DNA of 52,871 nucleotides, the filler included, from Porpidia crustulata (Eukaryota), in assembly GCA_964255105.1 (NCBI GenBank). It is 22 parts of 22 records of this genome, joined end to end, with 100 filler letters (N's around TTAATTAATTAA, not from the genome) between each part and the next. Parts side by side here need not be neighbours in the genome. Positions count along the whole stretch, not along the records: positions 10,338 to 12,758 come from CAXUWE010002429.1; positions 12,859 to 15,257 come from CAXUWE010002430.1; positions 15,358 to 17,744 come from CAXUWE010002431.1; positions 17,845 to 20,209 come from CAXUWE010002432.1; positions 20,310 to 22,647 come from CAXUWE010002433.1; 17 more parts are not named here. The stretch is one strand, 5' to 3'. Positions 11,177 through 22,060 of this stretch are shown here, piece after piece. Below the pieces are notes generated by a model. That model was not told the origin of the DNA and did not search any database. It saw only the letters and a list, made by a program, of their open reading frames with translations. Position numbers and translations under genes: made by a program. Every line of letters starts with the position of its first letter. Position 1 is the first letter of the stretch.

Positions 11177-13680
11177 GTCTCCTGAGTACGACTGCGCTCA
11201 ATGGCGCATGCACCAAGACTTGCTGCAATGCTTGGACAAAGGTGTAGTCAAACCCTCCAGATGGTATCAAGCCAGACTCCGCCTCAATTAAGGCCGTCCG
11301 TGTATCCTTTGGAGAAAAGCAGCGTTTCGGCCGGAGAGCTGTAGACCGTATTCGACGACCTGATATTGGGGGCTGTTTGAGAGGAGTAACAGATGAGGGG
11401 ACCTAAAGCTGTGGAACTGGGCAGCGCAAAGCAAATCAATCAAAGATAGGCTACAGCGGTGCAATGCAATCGATGTTGTAAAGAGCAGATGGTACTCGGA
11501 GTGATCGCTGTACGTTGCAGAATGGAGTTTATTCGATAGTTGTTGTCTAATCCAAGATGAAGTCGGTAGCGTTCAAGTCGATTAGATTAGCTAGCAAAAA
11601 GGATCCGGGCTTGACGAAGTGGCCCTCTTTCCACTATTGCGCCTGAAGATAACCGAGTACCTATCAGCGTTAGGCGGACATTTCCCCGGAGTCTTGGCGC
11701 GGCAGGCACAACAGTCGCTCTGCAGGAACCCCTCGAACATATCGCTCCGACATCACAATCCAACGCACGTAGTTGTTGGCGTGTGTATTGAACGTCATAA
11801 TACCGTACAAGTACGGATCAGCTGCTGTTCCACGTCGGCAACACTGCATTCTTCTACCTTCTCCACGTCGAAACCAACCGTTGGCTCAGCCACTGCAATT
11901 TCGATCGTCGGGAACGATGTTTTGTTAGAGCACCCGACTATCCGTACAGGCGTTTGGGAGCGACAAGTCGCCTCCAAGGTGATTTCAGCTCACGGAAATA
12001 TGCTCGAATATAGAGATGAGTCCTACAAGTGATTACTCCATATCGCCATCAATTATGACCATAACTCTCTGCTATATGAACATCACAAGCGGCATGGACA
12101 GATTGGTGAAACAACGCTATTCCCCAAACAGACAACAATAGCAAGCGAGGTCTGTATTGAGAGCAATAATAACCAGGTAGGTATGTAGGTAACGCAGTCC
12201 ATCGACCATCATGTATTCCATGTTAGATAGACGTCTAACGTATAGCGTTATTATAATTAGCCATCATTCACGACAATAGCAAGCGAAAATCATGCATTCA
12301 TCCCCCCCTCTCTCCATCAGGTAGTTTGACGCTAAACCCCATTGACATATTCTCTATTGATGCAAGATCCACCTATGCTCACCCTACTGATGGTGAATCG
12401 CCCATTCACCCTCTTACTATTGTTCTCACCATTCACAGCCGCCCTGGCCCACTTTCGCTCCATATTACTTCAAGTTCCTCTGTTTCTTCTCCACTACGGA
12501 AAAAAAAACAAAAAAGGAAGAAAAGAAAATCCTTCTGCGAGAGACCTTTCATTCCTACAACCAAGAGGAATTTCTCAGGTTTTCAACAAATCAGTACCTC
12601 AGTAGATTGACGATTACCCGTTCTTTCTCTCTCAAACCTCTCAAACTTCAATTTTACCCTCTACCCGTTTGACCTCTCACTTCCAAAGTCTCAACACCAT
12701 GATCCCCCCTCCGTCCCCCATATCCATCCTTCCCCCCTCAGAGACGACAGCAAAACTCNNNNNNNNNNNNNNNNNNNNNNNNNNNNNNNNNNNNNNNNNN
12801 NNTTAATTAATTAANNNNNNNNNNNNNNNNNNNNNNNNNNNNNNNNNNNNNNNNNNNNGAGATTTTGGGGCCAGTAGGCGTTTGGTAATGCGTTTGAATG
12901 GTCTTTCCTCAACATTTAGGAGGCGAGATTTGTGAAGAGAATCTACCGGGATTAGAATCAATTTTGACTATTTGGTTTCGGAGCATCTGCTCACCCTCTT
13001 CGGCTTGATCTAGTAGAGCATATGAGGCCATAGTTACGCGCTGATGTTGAATTTTGGCGTTGCCGGGTTATTTCAAGTCAATCTAATTATATCTGAGTTT
13101 TTAAATGGTGGATCGTATCACATGCATGGTTTTCCCTGGATGCAAGCGAGCCTTGAGCGGATTTGTGGATCTCTTTTACCTGTCCATGGTAGAGGATTTT
13201 AAGAAAGTTATAATTTGACAAAACAGACTTAGTTCACGAGGAGCTAAGTCTAGTGCGGCTCCCACCGGAAGAGCCGCAATTAGCGTCTGCCCTCCCCGAT
13301 CTACATAAAGTACAATGATCCCCCACATTTTAGTCTCCACCCATGAAAAGTATTATCAACGAATTATTGATTTTGCTTTCCTTGGGTGTTTAATTGCTTC
13401 ATGTAAAAGCTACTGCTCTCTGGCTTCACAAGAACAAATATTGATTCATCGTTGGATTACCAAGACTCCCGGTCTACACAGCGTGTGAATGACCATCAAG
13501 TTTCACAACACTACATACAAGGCATTTATACCTGTACCGGCTTCTATGTGATATCGACCACCCCTTATAATTGCCCCCATCTTTATTCTGCACATCTATC
13601 GCACCACCGCTCCAATCGTCTTTGGAATCACCATTTTACATTAGTACACTTCCTACTCTTGCGCCATTACCTTAGGCATC

Positions 13681-14898
13681 ATGCCTGCTCAATCCCTTTT
13701 CCAGCTTGCCAAGAAGGGCTGCGCGAGAAATATCAACCGTCAGTCTCTCATACCCCTACAATCTGACAATAAGCTTATTCTCTCTAGTAATAGCTGACGT
13801 CGGTGATATTCCGTATGAGGTTATACGCCCTGTCCTACAATTCGTTGAGAGTCCAGAACAAATGGTCAGTGATGTTCACCCTCATTCTACAGGGACATTT
13901 CTAACGCCTACCAGAGAGACCTTGAGATAATGTCACCGCAACTATGTGGCCCTGATTCAGAAATCTGGATGAAATTCATTAAGCGCGACATTCCCAACTG
14001 GAAAACAAAGGACCTTGAGCCTGCGAATCCTCAGAGCTGGTACGGGTTGTATAAACAGCTACTGGCAGACGCCGCTAAAGAAGTCGAGGAGGATGCAAAA
14101 AAACTCGAAGCCACGCTGAAGGGAATCAAGACCGAGCAAGCGAAGCACACAACGAGGCAGGTCCACCCATCTGAGTGTCCAAAGCTCCCTAAACTGGGCG
14201 CCATGATCTTCGCCACATCATTACCCCATTGGAAGAAGCCTAAGAAGCCCAAGGCCCCGCCACCGAAACCCAGTCATCTCAACTTTGGCTCCGGATCTCG
14301 CACCAAAACAATTACTGGCGCCGGAGTTATAAGAAAAAGCCGGAGAGAAGCTCAGATGCTCAGTATGTGCAGCAGCAAGAATAGCAGGCTATCGATCCCT
14401 ACCCATGAACTCAGCAATAAAGCAACCGAGGTTCAACGTGCGCCAACCAGTAGTACAGGTACCTACAGACATCCGGCCAATATAAAGCCTCCCACGAAGC
14501 CCGCAATCTTCGTCCCAAAACGCAAAATTATCACCGATTCATCATCATCGAATCCCTCAGTCACTATGACCGTCGAAGAAAGAGAGCAGAGGCTCAAGGC
14601 TTTTACTAGTCCTGGAAGTGTGCGCACCTCATCGTCATTTTCATCATCAAAGCCATCATCTACCACAGCCGCCAATCCACCAGAATCTTTGGAGACTGCA
14701 GTTCTACCTACCACGGAGACTCTACCATCTACCACATCATATTCATCCACCAGCTCGGCACAGCCAGCAGCTCCATCATATCGAGTACCTAAAATGAAGT
14801 CGCTTAGCCCCGAGAACCAAGAGCCGAAAAGGGTGGTCAAAGTTAGGAAGGCCCCGGTTAATCCGTTCATGCCAGCCAAGCGACGCAAAGTAGCATAG
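13681..14898 (+). CDS. ELA1: Elongin A (RNA polymerase II transcription factor SIII subunit A)
   Basis: Exons 13681-13738, 13788-13864 and 13915-14898. BC-box-like SLFQLAKKGC; DVGDIPYEVIRPVL...SPEQMRDLEIMSPQL...EIWMKFIKRD. Confidence 0.85.
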
Positions 14899-15602
14899 TC
14901 ACAGATCAACGACGAATCTGATTTTACTTGTAAGATTACACATTGGCGTGTATCATGGGATACATTGCAGCGATTATAGAAAGCCTACGAATGTTTTCCT
15001 AGCGTTTGATATTTTGTGGGTGCGTCAAGTATAGCAACAGTGTCCCGAAGGAGGGCTCTGCATTTACACTGGCATGGGCAGCGAAGATACCCGATCGATA
15101 GCATAGCTCACAGATCATACAATTGATATTTGATACCTGAACATCATCATTCATGCATGCAAGATCCATCTAGCCATGATATATCCGCAACCATGCCATG
15201 CATTCTACCCCCCCCCCAAATCCATCCCCACAAACATTCTCGCATCCCGTCGACAGCNNNNNNNNNNNNNNNNNNNNNNNNNNNNNNNNNNNNNNNNNNN
15301 NTTAATTAATTAANNNNNNNNNNNNNNNNNNNNNNNNNNNNNNNNNNNNNNNNNNNNTTAGTTGGTGATATGGGGATGGGGGGTTAGTTAATGGTTGTTG
15401 GTGTGAGGTGTTCGCAGGTTCACAATCCACCAATTGGTGATTTCTAAAGCCTGCCAAAAGTCATGGGAGAACTTTGGGATGCCCGGTTGAGGAGTTTATC
15501 TGACTGATCAGTACATACGCTAGTTTTCGGAAAGTTCCGCCTTTCAGTGTTTATTGATTCGGATTCTCGATGCTGGATAATTATCAATGGACCACAGCTG
15601 CA

Positions 15603-17575
15603 ATGGCTGCGATAGCTCGACCAAAGAAATACAGGGAGTTACTTACGCCTCTTCTGCACCGGCGGTTCGTGTCGAGCTCACTCGTCTTACTCACAGCTTC
15701 CTTAGGGATAGCAATTCCTCTTGGAGGCTCACCATGTAAGTTGACCTTCTAGAACTCCCCTAGAGAACGACGTTTAACCTTTGGTGTAGTTGAATGGTCA
15801 TGGCTCCCGAAGACGGTAGTGCGGGCGTCGTTTTTCTTCATCTCGGCTCTCATGATTTTTGTTCTTAGGGTTGCGAACATACACTGCGGAGCCAGGAGCG
15901 CATCCTCTCCATTATCCTTTCTCAAAAACTACTACATTTCCTTTGCAACGTTGCAGATCTTTGGCTGGTACCTCTTTTCCGCAGTACTGTTTACAGAAGT
16001 CAGTCTCTGGTCTGCACCGGCGTCAGCAGATTTGGGATGGCTTCACGAAGGGCGGTAAGTGGGCCTTAGAATATTTGGACCTTGATATTGAAGCTAATGA
16101 AGATTTTTAGACCATGGGAGCGACGCAGACTCAATGAGCGAGTGTTATATTTCCGGAGCTTCTTCCTAATACTAGCAGTAGTCCAAGCTTTGCTCCACAC
16201 ATACAACGACGCAGATAGATTATTCCAAGACTGGCCGCAACAAGCTTCAAGTAATGGTCACGACTTACGACCACAGGTTATAGCTACGCCACTCGCTCAA
16301 ATCCAGAACACGGTACCTACATTGCTCAAAGGTGTGATGTTACGATCAATCGTCATGGGCTTTGTCGGTGGCCCCTTCGTCTACGGACTGTTCATGAGGA
16401 GAGCCGCATGGAGTTGGTCGCTAAGTATCGCGAAAATTATTTGGGATATCCCGGCTGCTCCCGAATTGTCTTACATACCGCCCTATCATATCCTCCTGAT
16501 AATTCGGACTATGGGGTGGGGCTTTTTTCTCAACCTATTGTGGGACATCTCAAATGCCATATTTTCCGCATATATGTGTCAGGAGCCGTTGAAGAACGGA
16601 AAGCCTTTGACCGACAACAACGGAAGCCTATTAAATGGACTTAAGGCAAAGAAAGAGATGACCAAGGTCTTTGCCTTCTGGGAACTCGCTCTTGTGCAGA
16701 GATATCCTGATCGAAGGAAATTGGTCTACGTTGATTACGACAGACCAGAAGGATCGGCCTGGGCCCAGATCGCAACAATCTCACTCGGGAATCTGAATTC
16801 CATGAACAACCGCATCGTTCTTTTCCAAAATTCCAGTTTAAATAAACCTTCACCACTAAAACAGAGCGAACTACAAACGCTACCTCGCATTTCCACGCCT
16901 CTCCGAAAGGACCTTATTGTCCAGAAAGCCCCTCCACCTTCAAATCGCCTGGAGACCATCGAATCATCCATCGGCGATATTGCCAAATCCTACGGCAACT
17001 CTCCGTACGCACAAAATCCCCTTGTTCATCTCATCCTAGGTTATCTCGACTTTGCCCGCCAGAAATTCCTCAACAAGCGCCAACAAGAAGTCCTTACCCC
17101 GGCTGGTATACAAACTCTCTGGACCGATTCCCTCATGCAATTCATCCGCTCCCCCTTGGGCCTCCCCTTTCGCCAAACTTTCAAACGCCGAATCCGCGCT
17201 GCCGTGCTAGGAACCCCATACAGCGACCTCAGCATCATCGTCGACAGCATCACAGCCCTTACCTCCCTCGCATGCTCCAGCACCACTGAAGACCCCTACG
17301 GCACCGTCAGCCGCGACATCCCTGCCCTCATCCGAACTTTTTGCAGCACCACCACCGCGCTCGAGAACCTGGTTGCGCAATCCCCGCCCCACTGGACGGA
17401 CGTGAATTTCCAGGAGTCCGACAGGAAGATCGAGGAGGTGGAGGTAATTTTGGCGGCGCTGAAGGGTGGGCTGAAGAAGATGGTGAGGACGTTTGGGGTT
17501 TATGCCGCGGAGCTGAGGATTAGCGAGGCGGAGATGAGGGTGGCGAGGAGGGTTACCGGGATCGAGGAAGAGTAG
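15603..17575 (+). CDS. NDC1: Transmembrane nucleoporin Ndc1
   Basis: Exons 15603-15735, 15790-16054 and 16111-17575. YRELLTPLLHRRF start, multiple TM segments, RRRLNER, AFWEL, SSTTEDPYGTVSRDI. Confidence 0.88.
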
Positions 17576-17949
17576 GCGTTGTGTGTAGGAGGTGGTTTCG
17601 TGGTGGCGTTGTGGAGCTTGGGATGGGAGGTGAGGCGAAGGAGCCCAAAAGTGCGTGTGTATGCGCGGGCGGTATATTATTGCAGGGCTTGAGGATCACA
17701 ATTTTTTGCTGCTCATGTCCTCCAAACTACACTCCGCATCTCCGNNNNNNNNNNNNNNNNNNNNNNNNNNNNNNNNNNNNNNNNNNNNTTAATTAATTAA
17801 NNNNNNNNNNNNNNNNNNNNNNNNNNNNNNNNNNNNNNNNNNNNTAAACAGAAGGTTCGTAGCCAGCACCGCGTACAGGTGGGTTTCGTCGCTGGCCTGT
17901 TGACTGACGTAAGCTTCATTTGTTTCAGCTCGTCCATGCCTTCGGCTTT

Positions 17950-19417
17950 AAGATACCTGGAGACGCCAAAGCGCCCAGCCACGTGCTCCTTCGTTGGTGA
18001 AAGACTTGTGTTCCTCTCGTCGAGGATCAATTTTATACTGAGAGGATTAAGGAAATGCTTCTAGTGTCTTGGCCGGGGAGGATTGCCATTAGTGAGCGCG
18101 AAGGGAAGTGGACACGGGTACGAAGCGAGTGCTTCTGATGTCGCTGATCGTTCCCTGGGTCAAAGTACTCAGGGTCGGTGTTCCGCAACGCAAATCCAGC
18201 ATAGCTGACAGGCGTTGAAGGCCAGTAATGCTTCGCCGTTAGTCCGAAGTCTGGTTGATGCAGGAACGCATTGATTGCATTGAATAGATACTGTTGAAAG
18301 ACTTGTGATCACGTCCGCAATTTAGATCTCCATGTCTCGATCAGGACCGTAGACAAGTTGATCAAAACGAGCATTTCTAGTTTCGGAAGAAGGTCTGCCT
18401 TGGCTGTTGAAGCGGTAGAACGCCAAACCTAATAAGACTACATCTGCAGCCTCGTTCTTGGTGCGAGCCATCATTCGTATATATTGCTCATGGATAGGCT
18501 GATCTTGCCAGAAGCCTTTGGGAGGGTAACCATCTCGCTGGCAGTTTGAACCTTACTGTTGCGTGTAACCATGCCGCCTGATCATTGGTCAGAAAGGAAG
18601 AGAAGATACAAGATAAAACAAGACTGTAAAAACCAATAGGGGGAGTTGATGACTTGCAGGCGAGTACGAGAACTGATAGCTCCTAAGGTAAAGGCACAGA
18701 CAATTACCAAGCATCGTCGCATTGATCGGTCCCGCCGACTACAAGTTATTTGCATCGACCTCCGCCCCGGAAATTTGCGCGGGAGAAAGTCGGGCAGGTC
18801 AGAGGGTTGTATCCACGTTCATGTGCGTCCACAAAAGTTTGGTGTTCTTCAATTACAGAGGAATAGTACTGGCAAGCCCGAAGCCATTTTTGTCCATTAC
18901 ATATCCGATCCCTATTACTAGAATCTGGAGTCACAGACTTAGTAGTCATTCCGCTCACATAAGAACAAAACTGACGCTCCTTGGTGATGGGCTGCCTAGG
19001 CCCCGCAAAGCCCTGTTGACAGCCGGTATTACAGGAATCATCGGCGCTTCCACAGAAGCTGCAGGCAATGGAGTCAGCTAAAGAAAAGCGAAATCCGAGA
19101 GATGAAACCGACCCAAACTGCGAACACCACACATTTCGAGGACAACGCTGCTTCCCCGGAGTGTCATATTGTCCACACTCAGTCTTTGCATCGCAACTAG
19201 ACGAGCATCCAGTGGCACATTCTGTAGGAGAATAGTTACAGATACTATTTGAACTATAGTACGCTTCATTCTCACACGGAGTATATGAATTACAAGCGCC
19301 TACAAGCAACGACCTTGCAATCAAACAGTTCATCAAAGAATGTGTAAAACCATGCTGTGGTAACGCAAGAGCACCGATGGCGCAAGACAAGACAGCGATA
19401 TATCCAAAGGACCGTAT
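17950..19417 (-). pseudogene. Decayed subgroup-C (killer-toxin-like) chitinase relic: signal peptide + CBM18 modules + C-terminal region, GH18 core absent
   Basis: Signal-peptide-like (I)RSFGYIAVLSCAIGALA with ATA where ATG is expected at 19417. CSSSCDAKTECGQY...CPRNVWCSQFG|FCGSADDSCNTGCQQGF with an intron at 19059-19112. Downstream ICNGQKWLRACQYYSSVI, CQRDGYPPKGFWQ...QYIRMM and FGLTAKHYWPSTPVSYAGFALRNTDP, separated by stops. The 3' boundary is approximate. Confidence 0.7.
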
Positions 19418-20158
19418 TGCTGCTTGCTGTGAAAGAAAGAGAAAAGAACGAGCGAAGCTGTCAGCAGAGGCGAGAAATGGATTATTTTTGGAACCAAATA
19501 CCCCGAGGTCTGACGAAATGGACAAGGTGGTATCGAGCCAGGCGTCATGCGTACATAGGGGGAAAGAGAACGATGAGCAAAGGACGATTTAATTGGTTGC
19601 CTTGTATGTACATCAAATGGGGAAGCTTATGGATGTAGGAAGAAAAAATCTTCCAGAACCAGGCAGGGAGCGGATGAAATATTGTATTTGAGTGCCTAGG
19701 GTGTGGAATTGTTGTTTTATTGAAGCATCGAAATCCTTCCAATTCCTTCGAGTCCTTCGAAGCCAAATCGGTATGCTTGAGTCATCCTTCGATCTATCAC
19801 ATTGGCTCTTCCTGTCTTAGCTTTTCATCGCAAGTTTGTCTTACCGTCCACGATAAGCTTGCTGCTACATGATCAGTGTTCAGCTGACTGTCTTTACTGA
19901 CCTACCCGTTGATCGGCTCGATTAGTTTGCTTTTCATTGATGACTCAATAATGGCCTGAGGCTACGGTGGGAATATCAAGGGGTGGATTTTGAAGGTTCA
20001 AGTAAAGCTCGTTAAGATAATGGGCTATCGACGTCGCACGACATCTGTCCGGCTGAAATGCGAGAGTAGAGTTAGGACGGCTTCTTCTTCAGACTGAGGT
20101 TGGTTTGGTCGGACTAACTCTACTCTAGTTAGTTCGGGAGCGCCAGAACGTCAAATTA

Positions 20159-20204
20159 GGAGTATTCCCGGGCCCGTGCACGTTCCGGTCCCGTGCACAC
20201 CCCA
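20159..20204 (+). mobile_element. Putative DNA-transposon terminal inverted repeat (46 bp), copy 2
   Basis: Exact copy, preceded by TTA; the contig ends 5 bp later. Confidence 0.75.
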
Positions 20205-20309
20205 AACCCNNNNNNNNNNNNNNNNNNNNNNNNNNNNNNNNNNNNNNNNNNNNTTAATTAATTAANNNNNNNNNNNNNNNNNNNNNNNNNNNNNNNNNNN
20301 NNNNNNNNN

Positions 20310-22060
20310 GATGTGGTGGGCGGTCCAGTGGCGGAGCAGAGCGGTGTAGAAGGTTAGGAGGGCGAGGGTGGAGGAGGCGGTGTTGTCGAGGAGGGTGTCT
20401 TCGAAGGAGTTTAGGAGGGAGGTTTGGAGGGCTGGTGGTTGTTAGTGGATTGATGTTTCTCGTAGTAAGGATGTAGGGAGGAGACTCGATGACGAAAGCG
20501 AGAGATGTCGAACCTTCGAAAGGTTGGATCTCGATGTATGATAATACATTCAGAATTTGATCCCGATCCTGCTTTCCATCCCATTTGGGTAGGTAGCGCT
20601 CGAAGAATACTCGTGCGGGTTTTGGTAGCGTCTACAGACATCAGTTGAGCTCCCATCAAACTTGAAGAAGGATTACCTGGGAGTATCGTGTGTAGATAGA
20701 CAATCGTTCGAGGACTTCAGACAGTCCATTATTCGGCCCCTGGCCATTCTCGAGTGCTTTCAACTGCGCATGAAAAAAAAGCTCCAGCCGACGGTCCAAC
20801 CTTGTTCGTTCTACACTATCGTCGGGACTGAGAGCGATGTAGATTTGTAGGGTTGGATTGTCGATGGCCAACATCATCGGTTCAGATATAAAAATCTTAT
20901 CAAGCTTCTCAGCAATTTCATTGATGTTGTTCACATCTCGAAGTGCTGTCAATGACTGCAAACTAGATCAGTATTCGGAACATACCAGGAATATGCGCTC
21001 GCCAGACCTTGCTTGTGGTGTTCGATTCTTCCCCATCCTCGTTCTGAATGCGGACTCCTTCCGCCCCTTCGCGAACCGTCCTACGCCCATAGAATTGAAG
21101 TTGAGAATGCCTCAAATCACTACCATTCAATCTCCGAATCTTGATGAATCGATCACGCCATTTGGGATCAGGATGCTATGTCTAGAATGAGTTCTCGGCT
21201 CAGAATAATCTTGCACACCAAAATGCTCACGGTAAAGTTGAATGCTCGCCCAGCTAGTTTCTTTCCATGAAATGCCTTGGGATAGTGTTCTTCATAGATT
21301 TTCATAAACCCTGTAAGGGCCGGCTCATGGGCAACGCGCTTGGAAAGGTCTAGGCTGCCATGTTTCCTTAGTACTTATTGAATTGAAAAAAAAAGCCGAA
21401 AAGGGGACTGACAGCATCTGGACTCGAAATGGTCTGATGTGTTTCTTCCGGGTTATCATAGCTAGCAGATGACACAGTGACGAACTTCCAACGGTCAGCC
21501 CGCCATTTCAAATTATGAAGAGTAAACGTACCGCAAACCGGTTATATCTAGCATATTGAACAGCACATTGTAAAGTTTTGAGAGAATAGAAGGATCCTCT
21601 AGCGCCTCGTACACTAGGATGAACCATTTCAACAACGACTGCTGCAATGGTATTGCAAGTTTCTGTCCTCCCTGCCCAAGGAACGCCATAACATTGCATA
21701 CAAGTTGTGAAGGGACATTCTCCACTGGATAAAGCGATCTAATCAACTGGGATCGACCGGCTTGACTCAGATTCTTTGATCGTAGGATTATTTCCAGTGT
21801 GGCTCCTAGGGTTAGGGTCGATAGTCCGTATTGGTATGCGTGACCACAAATTGTACCAATAGACTCTTGGACATGCGGATCTTGTTGCCTTGATATTGCG
21901 TTTACTGCTACGCACAATCATTAGGCTTTTGTTTTTAAAAAGAAAATAGATGCGGCTTGCCTGAGGCGAGATGATCAAGAGCTACCATCAATGAGACATC
22001 GGGTCCCTGCCTCGCGGCCGAGTTGTCAGGAACACCAAAATCCACGTTTACAGCTGGCAT
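20310..22060 (-). CDS. mis6: Kinetochore protein Mis6/CENP-I, 3' truncated
   Basis: Multi-exon gene. LIRSLYP, LQQSLLKWFILVY, LYNVLFNMLD, LCHLLAMITRKKHIRPFRVQ and INEIAEKLDKI match the Mis6 domain pattern. The first intron (21908-21960) is GC-AG. Confidence 0.8.

Noticed and set aside
11850..11915. Minus-strand EPTVGFDVEKVE resembling the ARF switch-I motif
   Set aside because: No P-loop or DxGGQ motif nearby; probably chance.
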